From positions 123,566,001 to 123,630,000 of the forward strand of contig OX597817.1 of NCBI GenBank assembly GCA_951406725.2: a stretch of DNA of 64,000 nucleotides, given 5' to 3'. A program made the translations under genes and the position numbers. This document shows, in pieces, positions 23,809 to 38,800 of the stretch. Each line of letters opens with the position of its first letter. The first letter of the stretch is position 1. Origin of the DNA: Octopus vulgaris. Taxonomy: Eukaryota. The notes under the pieces were generated by a model. The model saw only the letters and a list, made by a program, of their open reading frames with translations, was not told where the DNA came from and searched no databases.

Positions 23809-24171
23809 CGTGGCACTTCGTCGGTTACGACGACGAGGGTTCCTGTTGATCCGATCAATGGAACAGTCTGCTCGTGAAATTAACTTGCAAGTGTCTGAGC
23901 AATCCACAGATACGTGTACCCTTAACGTAGTTCACGGGGAAATTCAGCGCGACACAGAGCATGACATGGCTGGCCCTTTGAAATACAGGTACAACAGAAA
24001 CAGAAAGAAAGAGCGGAAGCAAGTTATGGTGAAAGAGTACAACAGGGTTTGCCACCACCCTCTGCCGGAGCCTCAAGAAGCTTTAGGTGTTTTCACTCAA
24101 TAAACACTCACAACGAAACCGCTATCCTACGAAGCGAGTCCGCTGCCTAACCACTGGGCCTTTGCGCCTCC
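23809..24171 (-). mobile_element. SINE D1
   Basis: Reverse complement of 17127-17501, with the full ggaggcgca head. Confidence 0.85.
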
Positions 24172-24264
24172 ACACACAGACACACACACACGCACACAGA
24201 CACACACACACGCACACAGACACACACACACGCACACAGACACACATGTATATGTATATGTATG

Positions 24265-24309
<45 letters not shown>

Positions 24310-24600
24310 TACCCTAATCACTTGAAGTGACACAGCCTGTACTGATTGGTGCAACACAGCTAGATGCATAATATCCTACCCCTAAAGCACAGCTGCCGGA
24401 TGGGTCGAAACGATCGTTGTGTCTAAATAAAGATTCATACTAAATTCATCCTCCATTTCCTTCATCAATTATAAACTCAACAATCACTGTGGATTTCTTG
24501 ACGAAGATCCAGTGAAATTTGGAATATTTTGGAAGCCTTAATTTTCTATCTTCCTGACCGTAAATACTAAAATATTGTTTTCTGTTTCAGGGTGGAGGTA
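24310..24600 (+). mobile_element. (TA)n-adjacent repeat with two broken hammerhead-like half motifs; possible Penelope pseudo-LTR(s)
   Basis: ggtcGAAACGATCGTT at ~24403-24418 followed by aataaa; ttcTTGACGAAgatcca...tggaa at 24495-24524. Confidence 0.4.
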
Positions 24601-24643
24601 TATTGTTTTAATGTAAGCAGAAGTTACAGTCATATAATCTAAC

Positions 24644-25710
24644 ATGTCCACTTAAGAAGCTAAGAGATAACGCATTGCAGATTTGCTTCGTACCAGGATT
24701 GCAATGAGACATAGTGTTCAGACTTTTGAGGTCTCTGTGAGCACTGTCTACAACATTAAGAACTGATTGGTGGATACAGGAGGCATCAAGAGAAAGCAAG
24801 AAAGTGGATACATAAATAAAAAAACGAGATAATGCATTTCTTAAATCTCTCAGATCCAAAATTTCGAAAGACCTAACAACAACTATGAAAAAACTGTCCG
24901 TGGACATGAAAGTTGATCCAAAGACCATCAGAAATGCTGTTCACATTGATTTATATTTGGGGTCATATGTGAGGACCCCAAGATACCTATTGACTCATGC
25001 AATGAAAGCCAAAAGACATGAAAGGGCCAAAACAGTGTTGCGAAACCTGAAGCACAATGGACAAACCATTAAAATCTTTTCAGATGAAAATATCTTTCCT
25101 GTTAATGTTTTTTACAATGTCACAATGATCGCTACATTGCTAAGACACCTTCTGAAGTAAAAGGCATCTTTAGGATCAAAACCTCTAGCTCAAGTCATGA
25201 CACTGGTAGTTGTGGCATCTGAAAGAAAAAAGATGCTCCATTTTTTCAAGTCTGGGGAAAAGATGGGGGCTGACCTTTATTATAAAGTCCTACAGTATAA
25301 GATTTTGTCTTTGCTGAAGTCTAACTACCCCAACGGTAATTATGTGTGGACCCAAGATTATTCTCCTGCTCATGCGGTGAAGAAAGTGCAGAAATTTTGT
25401 GACTTAAACTCCTTTGGGGAAAATTGGAGCACACTACCAAAAAAGAACTTTACATCCAAGTCTTGATAATTTTAAGAAAATCCTGAGGGGAGAGTGAGAC
25501 AACATGTCTAAGTACTTCATCATGAAGTACTGTGACACCTTCAAGCAGTGTGTGATGGCTGTGATGGACAATGAAGGCAGACATAGGGAATAAATTGTCT
25601 CTTTATATTCCTATAAACTTGTGTTAAAATTATTTTATGTTAGGTTGCTAGTTGTGTAATATAAACAATTTGGTGAATTATCTATTATCTTCCAAGTTTT
25701 GCTTCCCCAC

Positions 25711-25712
<2 letters not shown>
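24644..25712 (+). mobile_element. Tc1/mariner maT/DD37D-like transposase pseudogene with 3' TIR
   Basis: MST.EAKR..IADLL...TIRNAVH.DL...KIFSDE...VWTQDYSPAH; the third-D region is deleted; ends ...gcttccccacccaTA. Confidence 0.85.
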
Positions 25713-25759
<47 letters not shown>

Positions 25760-25838
25760 CATATATATAATATACATATATATATACATATATATATATA
25801 CATACATATATATATATGTACATACATATATATATATG

Positions 25839-25953
<115 letters not shown>

Positions 25954-25994
25954 TTATATATACACGTGTATGTATGTGTGCATGTATATGTATG

Positions 25995-26026
<32 letters not shown>

Positions 26027-26439
26027 CAAGTCATTTCATATCATTTGATTTTTGATATCATCGCTTGTCTCTTGACAATATTATTTTTCACAAATCAGTA
26101 ATAATTTACTTATATCATTTTTTTTCTATATTTGGTTTATTTATTTTTAAATGTATATTTTAGTCCTATTAAGAAAATAATGTATTTAAAAACTGAAAGC
26201 CAAATATTTCGTTAAAATATTTAAATGAACGATTTTTGCTTAGCAGTTTGTTTTAAAATTCTTTTTATTTGTTGAATTACATTCAGTCATGAGGAAGCTG
26301 TTACATTATGGTACAATAGACAAGCATACATACATACATACATACATTCACACATTGTTACATACATATACATGTACACACACATACATATATACATATC
26401 ATCATAATCAACATCATCATCATCATACTTCTTTTTTTA

Positions 26440-26920
26440 TTATGACAGGTGTTGGATGGTTGAACATAAACTGATGAACCGGATTACTGCACTTAGCTCC
26501 AGTGTCTAATTTGTCATGGCTCCTACAGCTAGATTCCCTTCCTAACACCAACCACTTCACAAAGTGTAATGGGTGCTTTTATCAGGGCACTAGCACTGTT
26601 GTGGTCACCAAATGCTTGCATGACAAAAATGTCTCAACTGTGTGGGGGTTGTAGTATTAAAGTAGAAATTTTACCTTCTCAAGTCATGCTGACTCACAGG
26701 AGTTGGTTTGCTGGTTTCATGGTGTATATATTCTGCACTTGGATGGGTCATCCATCCGTCAATTGCAGGATTACTCATTTTTGCCAGCTGAGTGGACTGG
26801 AGTCACATGAAATGAAGTGTTTTTGCTCAAAAGCATAATGCATCACCAGGTCTAGAAATCAAAACCACAATCTTACGATCATGAGGCCAACACCCTAACT
26901 ACTAAGCAACATGCCTTCAC
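26440..26920 (-). mobile_element. SINE C (26440-26640) and CORE-like tRNA SINE D2 (26665-26920)
   Basis: cccttcctaacaccaaccac; gccagctgagtggactggag...caccctaactactaagc. Confidence 0.7.
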
Positions 26921-27594
26921 AGTTGTAGTATTGAGGAATACAAAAGTATGACAGAGAGACAGGAGTTGGTACTTACTGTAGAAGTGAGTACATGGTTGCT
27001 TTATCTGGAAAGAAAGAGAGAGAGTGAGCTGTGAGATTATTGTACAAAGTGAATATGAGAGAAAGAGAGAGAGAGAACAGCAATAGAGGAAGAGAAACTG
27101 CAGCTGAGTTGGTAAGTAATCTAAGGTAGAAAAAGTGTGACATAATTTGAGTTGGGGATTAAAGTGGACACAAGCGATATAAATGAATGCATATATACGT
27201 ACATAAAGACAGAAAGAGAGAAAGAAAGAGAGGGTGATATAAATTCTTCATGCAGCCAAACCAGCCACCAACTAGAAGACTTCCCTACAGTAAGTTTTCT
27301 GGTTAGAAATAATAACCAAGCCTCCTGCAAAACATCTAATGTTAAATATAAAAAAAGAGTACTTGGAATGTTGTAGTCCCAGGTATCTATGTACAAAAAG
27401 GTAAAATGATCAAGGCTGGAATGTCTTTGATCATAGTTCTATTCATGCAAGAATGGTCTTCTGGGCCTAAACAACAAAAAATACATGCATGCATGCATGC
27501 ATGCATACATACATACATACATACATACATACATACATACATACATACATACATACATACATACATACATACATACATACATACATACATACAT

Positions 27595-28210
27595 GTGCAG
27601 CATGTTCTTGCTAAAACAATTTACAAAGCCATCCGGAAACAAGACTGTCCTGAAATAAACCTAGAAAAATCCCTCTGTTATGGAATACATTCATAAACAC
27701 CAACTCCAGGAATACAAGAATACAGGTGGAATATTCTCATCAAAACTTCTGTCAAATGTAAACATAACAGGCTGGATATTGTTGTTTGGGACAGATGGGG
27801 AAAGATATGTGCCATCATAAAGGTCAGCTGCCCTGCAGTTAAAAATATCTCTTTGAAAATCAAAGATAAAGAGGATATCTATGGACCACTGCCTCAAAAC
27901 CTCCAGCTTCTATATCCATACTATGAATTCATATTCATGCCAATAATAATTGGAGCACTAAGTTTTGTTAGTAAATGCTTTAAGGAGAATCTGGATAAAC
28001 TGGGATTTTCAGAAAGAGAAGTCGACCAAATAATTCGTACAGTACAAGTGTAAGCTGTGAGAGGAACAGTTAAAATATACAAAACTTTTCTCAAGTTCCA
28101 AATGTGAATTTGTCTGTGTTAACTACAGCCCCAAAATGGAGACTTGTATCTTTGTTGGAAACCAGCTCCCTCCTTAGTGGAAAATTTATGAATATTAAAA
28201 AAAAGAAGAA
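27595..28210 (+). mobile_element. 5'-truncated R4/Dong RLE fragment related to 5027-6386, starting in (CATA)n
   Basis: HVLAKTIYKAI, WNILIKTSVKCKHNRLDIVVWDR, VSCP, KEDIY..L..NLQLLYP, FMPIIIGAL; 3'UTR shares gtt.gaaaccag.tc with the other copy. Confidence 0.85.
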
Positions 28211-28220
28211 ACATACACAC

Positions 28221-28287
<67 letters not shown>

Positions 28288-29599
28288 AATGCATGCATAT
28301 ATATATATATACACATACATATATAAATGCATGCATATATATATATATATATATATATACATACATATATAAATGCATGCATACATACACACACACACAT
28401 ATACATACATACATTCACATATACAGGCTGTGATTTTGATTATTGTGTCTATCTTTTGCCCTCTTTTTATTTACAAGTGATAGAAAGGCAGAGTCTTTAT
28501 GGCCTGGTAGTTTTAAGTTGCAGCCTTTAAGTGCACTGCAGTAAATTTTGCTTTCTATCTTTCTAGTGTCGCTAAAATAATGCACCAGACAAGCACTGCC
28601 AACAATTTAATTGACTAACTTCTCCTCTTAAATTTCTACTGTTGTACCTCTCTTAGAAAGTATTAGAAGTTTTTCATCCCACACATATGCATCTACCAGT
28701 TTTCAAACAGTTTTTTTTTATGACCTTTGTTTTTATTTATACATTTGTGTTGCATGTTTGTGCACATGTATAGAGGATCTGATGCATTTGTGTATATGTG
28801 TAGAAGATCTGATGTGTTTGTATATGATCATGAGACTAGTGTGTATATTTCTGCTGTTGATTAAAATGCTTGCATGCGATGACTTTCCTATATCATTAAC
28901 ACTGTTGGTGGCATGCCTGCATACTAGTGTGTGATTGTGTATATCTTACATAATACTGATCATTATAACAGATGTTAACCTGTCTTGAAAAGATAAATGG
29001 ATAAACTGATTATTGACAATAACCAATCCAAGAATTAAGATGTAACCAAAAAGCAGAGATGCTGCCCTCAGGGCATTTTTCCCTAGTGATGTTAAGAAAG
29101 TTAATTTTGTTACTTTAAAAAGGTTATTTTTGCTATCCAATCATTTTGGATACGTCCTTAGTTATTCCTTCCCCACAAAGATCAGTGTTTTCTCTCCCCA
29201 GGCATGCAAATTAATTTGATAAATTAATTCTTAATTTCTTGAAGTTATCTTCCCTTTTCTATGGCAGTCAATTACAAATGTTCCTCGATCCTGTCTTCTT
29301 TCTTCATCTGAGTGAGAAATCTTAATTAAGAAAGGATTTTTACTGCAAGCATGCAGTAACATCATCCCTTTAACTTCGTATCTTTAACAACATGTAATTT
29401 TTGCAGAGAAAATAAAAGCACATGCATTGTTATAATACAACTGAGTTGCTGAAGTTGTTACTTTTACTGCTGTTGCTAATGCTGTTGTTTGATACACTAC
29501 TCTGCCTGGTGCATTTTCAGATTCTAATCTCATATAATTTCTTTTGATTAATCCTCATTCTTTGTATCAGTGTTTCTTGCTGCTTATCATCTGCAATGA

Positions 29600-30175
29600 A
29601 CAGTGTGTGGTCATCCAGACAGAAAAGAATTGGAAATAGTTTCTCCCTTTAGAATATTCTTCTTCGTATAGAAATAGGACTACTTTGTATAATTCTTTCT
29701 TTTGTCTGTATCTCTCAAATTGTTCGACATTTAATCAGGACATGCTTAATGCATTTGCTTATTAGTGAAACTTAATCCATGGCTCATGTTTCTTAGTTCA
29801 CACATGGAGAACACCATGAAAAATCTTTCTGGTAGTCAATCCATCCCACCCCCAGGTACATTTTCCTTCTGCTACAGTTTTCAATTATGGCTTCATTAAT
29901 AAATAATTGATCACTGCAGAATCCATTTTGTTCCAGATGCTTATCTCTTCTATGTGATATTATTACAGCTCAAGTTCTGCAAGCCGCAAAAAAGACAGGT
30001 TATGACCCTATAGTTTGCTTCTTTAATTGTTGAGGTTAAGATGGCTTAACTTCAGTAAGCAAGTCATGAATGATCTCTGGTTCATTCAGTATCTTATCAA
30101 ACATCTGTTCTTGTACTTTCTGTGCTCATATTAAATATTTTAACCAGATGTTTGGCATCTTATTGTTTCCTATTT
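29600..30175 (-). mobile_element. R4/Dong-clade RT relic
   Basis: Minus strand: MPNIWLKYL, CSDQLFINEAIIENC, WIDYQKDF and ISIRRRIF.REKLFPILFCL (a degenerate RGIFQGDSLSPLLFCL). Confidence 0.7.
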
Positions 30176-30184
30176 AATAATAAT

Positions 30185-30857
30185 TCGTGCAGAATGCTTG
30201 CTATTGAAAAGAATCCATTTTTCATCACACATAAAAATACAATGCAAAAATGGTTTGCTTTTATGCCGTGACAACAAAGAACAGCAAGTTTCAAGACGAC
30301 ATGTCATTTGATGCACTTTCAGTTCATGTGGTACCTACTTGTCCAGCTGTTTTACCTTGCTGATTTGTTTCAGATGGTCCAATACAGATGGAATCAAAAC
30401 ATTAAATTTTACTGCTAACTCTTGTGTAGTTTGAGATGTATCCACTTCCATTCCAGTTTCCAGCTCATCATTATCCACCTTGGTCTCAGATCCACCATGG
30501 AGCTGATTTTCAAGAGTAAAATCACCAGACCAGACCCTCTCAAACCATCGATGTACAGTGCAATCATTTGCTACATCTTCATCAAACGCCTCATTAATGT
30601 TTCAAGCTGTGTGGGATGCATTGTTTCCACTACAGAACTCATATTCATAAACAACAAGAATTTTTTGATCTATCCATGGGTTCACAAAAATTGATTTACG
30701 AGAGAAAACTCAATATAATCAGACGCCGTTTCGAAAAGTGATAATGTAACTCCTCAATGTTGTAAAACAAAGAATTGTCAGGATAAAACATTAGAGTTAA
30801 CGACTGTCAACTTGGTGCATAAGTAACTCGAACATTTCATTACTAATGACCTGATAG
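30185..30857 (-). mobile_element. mariner 5' half (Hsmar1/cecropia-like)
   Basis: NINEAF.EDVAN..TV.RWF...GDFTLEN, LDK.VPHEL, PFLHCIFMCDEKWI. Confidence 0.85.
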
Positions 30858-31379
30858 CATCATCCAACACATGCCAGCATGGAAAACAGACATTAAATGA
30901 TGATGATGTCGACGACGACGACGACGTTGACGATGACGATGATGACGACAATGATGATGATGTACTCCTTCTTGTGGTGATATGGCCTTCCATGATTGTT
31001 CTTGAGTTGCGTCCATCATTTTAAGCAATATCATCTCTTGCCCTTTATATTCTGTCTCAGAATTCTACTTGTCTTGCTGTTGGTTATGCATTAATTTCTA
31101 TTTAATTCTTACTTATATCTTAGTAAAATTGTTTTTGGTTGGAATCAACTTGTTATTTACTTCCAAGAAGCATTGTTGCTTTCCACGAAGATAGGTGCTT
31201 TGCAGTTTGGTGAAGATCTCTTGTTTCAGGTATTATTGTTATGTTACACTTCAATAGTATGTATGTCCCTTTTTTTTATCTGTTTCTTTCCATCCTTTTC
31301 CCTCTGAGGATTGACCCACCCACCACAACAAAATTAAGACCTTAAAACCAAGGTACCACATAAAATTCATTGGTGTAGC

Positions 31380-31630
31380 TGATGGTGCCACATTAAAAAA
31401 GCATCAGTCCTGGTGTCATAAAAAGTACTGGTAACGGTGCCATGTAAAAAGCACACAATGCACTCTGTGAAGTGGTTAACACTAGGAAGGGAATCCAGTT
31501 GTAGAAAACAAGCCAAAACAAACTGTGGAACCTAGTGTGCTTCCTGACATAGCCAGTGCCTGTCAAGCCATCCAACCCATGCCGCTATGGAAAAGAGACA
31601 TTAAATGTTGGTGATTGTGATGATGATGAT
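31380..31630 (+). mobile_element. SINE C, older copy with short tandem head units
   Basis: Three ggtgcca..taaaaa(a)g.a units, aggaagggaatccag core, GAT tail. Confidence 0.7.
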
Positions 31631-32980
31631 GTTGGTGACCTTTTTGGTACGTTTGGTTTCTGTTATCTTTTGATATTCCTAGACAAGTATATCTGCATGA
31701 GTATTTCCTGCAGTAATGTCAGTAGCTGTTGCATATATTAATTTGTTTAACTTAATGATATTGTTGTTTGTATCTGTTAATTTAATTTGTACATCATTTT
31801 CATTTGTTGTTGTCTTCATGATTTCCATCATTAGAATATCTTATTCTTCAATCCTTCTATTCATATGTATATTTGCATTGTTACAAAATACTATGCATTG
31901 TGAAACTTTTACAATACCAATAAATTATCTTGTCTGTATCGTACCATTGTGTCCTATAGCTCCTTATTCATTATTCATGAGAAATAAGGTAAGAAAGCCA
32001 TAAACTTTTTTTAATCATGTATCATCCTGGAAATATGTCATTTTTAATCTTGGAATCCAGGGATAAGGAAAATCTATAATACTTACCAACTTGTGACTTA
32101 AGTGTACTGTTATAGTATATACAACTCACAACCACTAGACTACTGGTAAAGACATGAAGTGCTAGAGTTTAGATATGTAGTCCTGAGGTTTAGAGCTTTG
32201 AGATGAGCATGTTTTATAAGTTTGTATCTGAGTTGTGATGATTTCAAAATTTTTATTTTTCCTTATTAGAGTTTAAATCTTTGGTCCATAAACAGGATTT
32301 TCTAGTACATGTCAGTATCGAATGATATAAATTTCTTGAATAGACAAGATACCAGGACAGACTCTACAAAACGTGTGTGTGTGTGCATGTGAGTATGTAT
32401 GTGCTTGAGTATTTGTGCGTACACATGCATGTGCATATTACATTAATGTAATTCTATGATCTTAATATATGAATGAAGAAAGACATTTTTATTAAATTAA
32501 TCTAAATATTTTCACAACTTCTTGACAATATGTAATGTTCTCATCTACCTATATCCGGCTGAGCTTTCTAATTAATTAAGTTATTTCACTAATATATAAT
32601 ATATCCCAGAACTGAAACTCCAGGAAGAAACTCCTAAACAATTTGCTTTCAGCAAAATATGAATAGTTATTCACCTTTCCTTTCAGCAACATTTAATCAA
32701 AGCAGATGCTGTTATAATCTAACTAAATGTCCTTAGTTATTAATATCAAAATCTATTTTTTAAACTCACAATCCAATAAATAGACAAAGTTAAAACAAAT
32801 CTTAGATTATTAATAATGTATATGTACCTTTTAATTATTAGTTTTTATTTATTTATTTATTCTTGATAGTTTTACAATTTGTATTTATTTGAAAACATTG
32901 ACATAGCTAATATCTTAACCAAGTTATGTTTTTTTTTTATGTCTATTCGATTTAATTGATATATCTGATATATCTCCATA

Positions 32981-34063
32981 TATTGGGTTGTCAGATGCAT
33001 TTGTTGTTTTTTCATTGATTTTAATCTTTATTTTTCATAATCTTTATTTTTCATGAACAACTTTAACAAATCAGTTAAAAATATATTCTTATTTCTTTAT
33101 TGCCCACAAGGAGCTAAAGATAGAGGGGACAAACAAGGACAGACAAAGGGATTAAGTCGAGTAGATCACCCCCAGTGTGTAACTGGTACTTAATTCATTG
33201 ACCCCGAAAGGCAAAGTCGACCTCGGCAGAATTTGAACTCAGAAAATATATTCTAGTTCACTGTTCACAATATCTCAGCATTCTACTAGCTTGTTAAAGC
33301 TTTGACAGAAGAAATCACTGGGTCTTGCCTCAAAGAATTCATAAAGCTGTGTTTTCAGTTCCACATCGTTGTAGAATGAAATCGCTCACATTCTGTCAGA
33401 GAGTTAAAAAAAAGAGCCTTTATCTGAAGGTGCTACATTAGGAGAATATGGTGTGTGATACAACTTCTCAACCTAGATCTTGAATACCATTTTTGGTCAG
33501 AATAGTCATGCACATATAAGTGTTGTTGTGTGTGGGAGCATGCCATTTTCCTGGCATTGTCTTTCTCATCTGGATTGCTCATCAAGTGGAGGTGATGGTT
33601 AACAATGTCATGGGATCATCCCATCTGCTTCACCAAAGCCATAGTTGTTTGGTACAGATCATCAGGGATGAGCTCATTGAATTGATCCTCATTGAACTGA
33701 GTGGGTTGGCCACAATGCAGAGAGTCTGTGAGGTCAATTTTCCTCACCTTGAAGCATGTAAGTCATTTTTGTGCAGTTCTTTCTTTGAAAATATCTTCTC
33801 CATTCACAGCCCAAATGTCTTGAATGGATTTAGCAGTCTTGGTATCTTGTTTGAGAAGTAGATATCAAAAATTCTGAATTTTCTTCTACTTAACACAATA
33901 TCATCATATTTACTCAAAGAACTGAAATTTATTCAAATTTCAAAATGATGAATAAAAGTGGTGGAAGGAGAATAGAGCTAAAAAAACTAACATAAAACTA
34001 CCTTAAATGTAAATTCAAAATAACAATGGAAAGGCATAAATGAATTGATCTGACCAGCCAATA
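32981..34063 (-). mobile_element. Internally deleted mariner with both TIRs
   Basis: TIRs tattgggttgtcagat (32981) and, read on the minus strand, tattggctggtcagat (34063); minus strand has HTH remnants and HTPYSPNVAPSD. Confidence 0.8.
33090..33242 (-). mobile_element. 5'-truncated SINE B1 inside the mariner, 12-bp TSD
   Basis: TSD aaaatatattct at 33078-33089 and 33243-33254. Confidence 0.9.
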
Positions 34064-34679
34064 CTTCATTATTCACCTGGAAAATTTCTTATAAAAGTAA
34101 ACAAATATCCTATATTTTTGAACATCACAATTCAGTTTATTTTGAATGTAGCATCTTTTAATTTCTTTAAAAGATATAAATATATTCTATTATTTTAATT
34201 GGTTAAAGCACTAAGTTATTGCCTAATATAATCATTTATATGCTATCATTTATGAATATTTTAGCTCCATGCACAAGTTTTCCACCAACTGTATTACATA
34301 AACTAGAATAATCAGAATAATCTATTAGATGCCAGGAAAATATATTGCTATAACAATTAGAATTACAATCAATTATTTCAACAATGCTGTGTTTTATGTA
34401 TTTTTTACTGCCTATAAGAGATGCATGTATATGTATTTTATCTGTCAGAGATTTATTTTCAGATGTTAGAATTGTTTAACCGATATGAATAACATTTCAT
34501 TTGCTTAGCCTGAAAATTGTTAAACCTATTGATCAGAAACCTCTCTAAACACACATACAACTCAACTCAGCTTGTTTAATTAAAACAATTCCTTTATGCC
34601 GTTTCTTTCATAGTTAATGAAACATGCATCTTTGTCAATTTCTAAGCAGAAAAATTTTGTCCTAAGTTCCAAAAATCTG

Positions 34680-35097
34680 GTACGGGTGCCATGTAAAGAG
34701 GCATGATGTACACTTAGTAAAGTGGTTGTCATTAGGAAGGGCACCCAGCCATTGAAACTATGGAGCCTGGTGTGGACCCTGGCCTTGCCAACTCCTATTT
34801 CTTTACTACCCACAAGGGGCTAAGCACACAGGGGACAAACAAGGACAGACAAACGGATTAAGTTGATTACATCGACCCCAGTGCGAAACTGGTACTTTAA
34901 TTATCGACCCCAAAAGGATGAAAGGCAAAGTCAACCTCGGCGGAATTTGAACTCAGAACGTAACGGCAAACGAAATACGGCTACGCATTTCGCCTGGCAT
35001 GCTAAGGTTTCTGCCAGCTCGCCGCCAACTTCTGTCAAACCCTCCAACCCATACCAGCATAGGATACAGAAGTTAAATGATGATGATGATGATGATG
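34680..35097 (+). mobile_element. SINE C containing an antisense SINE B1 (34796-35026)
   Basis: TSD gccaactcc / gccaacttc; SINE C sequence resumes after the insert. Confidence 0.85.
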
Positions 35098-35377
35098 ATA
35101 TACATGCACACATGCATGCATATACATATGTATGTATATGAATATATTCATATATACACACACATACATGTACACACACATACACATACACACACATAAA
35201 ATTCTTTTATTTTTCTAATTAGCAGGAAGTTAGAATAATGACTTGAACACACAGAGAGTCTCCGCATGGTACTTATCAAAGTTTGGTAAGTGCCATACAT
35301 GTATAGTACATATTCATGTATTGAGCTCTCTTTCCCCCGTTTGTTCTCCTAACCTATATATATACATATATATATAT

Positions 35378-35408
<31 letters not shown>

Positions 35409-35413
35409 CACAC

Positions 35414-35444
<31 letters not shown>

Positions 35445-35500
35445 TATGTATGTATTATATATATATATATATATATTTATTTATATTATATATATGTATA

Positions 35501-35573
<73 letters not shown>

Positions 35574-35629
35574 GTGTGTGTGTATGTATATATATATATA
35601 TGTATGTATATATATATGGTATCATCTGC

Positions 35630-35830
35630 AACATAAAAAGCTTCCTGGCACCACATAAGAAGCTCTCTTGCTGTGCTACATAATAAGACCCAATGCATGT
35701 TGTAAAGTGGTCAGTGTTAGGAAGGGCACCCAGCTGTTGAAACCATGATGCCAAAACAGACAATTTGTGCCTAGCGCAGCTCTCTGGTCAAACCGTCCAA
35801 CTCATACCAGCATGGAAAACACATGTTAAA
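35630..35830 (+). mobile_element. SINE C, degenerate
   Basis: aggaagggcacccagctg...ccagcatggaaaac. Confidence 0.65.
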
Positions 35831-36063
35831 GGTTGCTGCTACTGCTGCTGCTGATGATGATGATGTTGATGGTGATGACAATGACAATGACAATGATGAT
35901 GATGATAATTAAAAACAGGTGATTGGGAAACATTTTTTGTATTATCTATTCACCATTACACATGTTTCATTTGTTAATAAGTTACAAAACAGTTTTTCCA
36001 ATATATAAAGACTTCTATTATAAATTCTTCAGGCAGAAAATCAAATATTAGAAGATTTACATT

Positions 36064-36246
36064 TGTGACACAGAGTGCAACAAAGCTGGCCCTTTGAAAT
36101 ACAGGCACTACACATATTTGACAGCTGAATGGACTGGAGCAATGTGAAATAAAGTGTCTTATTCAAGGACACAATGGGTCACCGGGAATTGAACTCATGA
36201 CCTTATGATTGTGAACCAAATACCCTAACGACTAAGCTGCACACCA
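36064..36246 (-). mobile_element. SINE D2 5' part
   Basis: tRNA-like head and CORE-like gtgtccttga..aagacac; shares gctggccctttgaaatacagg with D1. Confidence 0.7.
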
Positions 36247-37251
36247 CAAAGCAGAAAGCTTTCATCCTTAGCTCCAATCATGCTTTTGTTGCCACTTCAA
36301 CATGGCTGTTTCATATAGAAATGCAACATGCTACCAGAAGTTCCAATTCAAGCTGAATTGAACAAACCACTCCAAATCCTTGTTATAATATTCTTCTGAA
36401 TGGACTTATGAATATCTAGCTTGTACTGGCATACAGTTGTATAATGTATAATAATGAAGTAAAACCAAATAATGATAGTTTGAATACATTTAATATGTAT
36501 GTTTCATATAATTGCACAATAGATAAAAAAGGAATTTCATCTGTTAGAAAAATCTATACTCCTCTGTATATAAGTTTGCATCTATGTGTGTATGTATGTA
36601 TAAGTAGTTTTGCTTCCATTTGTCACTGCTAATATACATCATATATACACATATATAGTAAATTTTTAGCATAGAATACTTTGTAATTGCTAGCGATTGT
36701 TTGAATGTTTTTACAATTGATATATTATGTATATATTTCTATGCATTATTCTGTATACAAATGTGTATGCATTAATGACAATGTAAAATATTTTGATACT
36801 TAACCACAGATGATGAGGAGGATGAGTATGATAGTCATGAAGATGTAGATAATTATAATGATGATGATGGTGGTGGTGGTGGTGGTGGTGGTGGTAGTGA
36901 TGATGACGATGATATTACACAAGAAACAGAAATAGAATAATTTCTAATGATTTACATTATATGTAAATAACTCTACTTCCTATATTAATAAATGTTATGA
37001 TAAGCTTTTACCAAAAATTTGTTTTTGAATTTTGCAGAAAAATTGAAAATAATAAATAAAGAAACAAATATTTGCTACATAAAATGATAAAGTTCAGACA
37101 AAAACACTCTTCAGAACATATGTAAATAGTGATTTATATGTTGAGAATAATTACAACTAAAAAAAGGGAAAAAAACGATGTTTTATTATTCATAAAACGT
37201 GCAGCTATATAGATATACGTGTGTGTATATATATGTATGTATATGTGTATG

Positions 37252-37347
<96 letters not shown>

Positions 37348-37915
37348 TATAAAAAAAAGTAATAGAATCTATGTATTTATCTATATAGTAAACCTCCTCC
37401 TTAGATATCTTAAATAAGCTATTTATCTAATGACAAAGATGGTTACATTAATAATACTACACAGATATCCTGTATAAAAATGAATATGATGATCAAATCT
37501 CTAGTTAAATAAAAATACAAGAGTTAGTAAAATTGTGTTAAGGATGTATATTAATTCAGTGGACTCTATATTTATAGATAAGGCATATTATAAATTTGTG
37601 AGAAAATGAAGGAACCTCTAAGAAGTTATTCCACATTCCACAAATAGCTACATAATCTTCTGCCAAATCATATCCTACCATAGTGAAATGAGCAGAAAAA
37701 TCTAATGGAATGGCTATGACTAAAATACCACTGATCACACGTCACTTAGCAGTTAGGTCAGACTTGACCTAGAGCAAAATTATAAGCAAGAGAACATATA
37801 TGTATGTGTGCATATATGTGTGAGTGTGTACTTGCACATGCATATATATATCATATATGTGTATATATATCTTACCTGTATATGTTTGTCTACATATGCA
37901 TATATGTGTATTCAG

Positions 37916-37947
<32 letters not shown>

Positions 37948-37963
37948 ATATTTCGGAATGGTC

Positions 37964-37995
<32 letters not shown>

Positions 37996-38754
37996 ACATA
38001 CACACACAAACCAATATATATATATGTATTATTATGAATATACATTTAAAAGAAGTGTTTATAAGGAATTCTTGATACGTTCATAATATTTGAAAAAAGA
38101 TTTTCTTAAACTAAAACTTGCAAAATAAGCTTCAAAAATGATATTTTTATTTTAAGATTAATAAACACATGCAAATATGCACACACATATATACACATAT
38201 ATAATATAAACATAATTCAGTTGAATAAGCTACTTAAAGTACCTGTTCCTATGTTATTAGATCACTGGATGTCACTTAACCCTTCCTGGTCAACAATGGG
38301 CCAACTAACCCCTATATATTCTGAAATCCCCTCCCTCTGAACTGACTGAATGCACATTGTTTTGGTAAGCTCATTCTGCGACTGAACATATATAGATCTA
38401 TATATATCATCATCATCTTCATTACCCCATCATCATTTTACTATGTAGCTTTCTCACGTTTGCTTAGGAGAAACACAAATCATTGAGACAGATTTTCTAT
38501 TGACAGATTCTCTTCTTGTTAGCAACTTCCACCTGTTTCTAAGCAGTGTAAAATTTTCCACTGTTCCAGACATATTTTCACAGAGGACTGCAAACTAACA
38601 TCTTCACTATTATGATGAGGAAGTTGTTTACATTTAGCATGCAATGTCAAGTGTAGTAAGCATTCACATACACACTCACATGTATCTATATAAACACAAA
38701 CATGCATACGTACACACACACTCGCATGTATCTATATAAACACAAACATGCATA

Positions 38755-38800
<46 letters not shown>

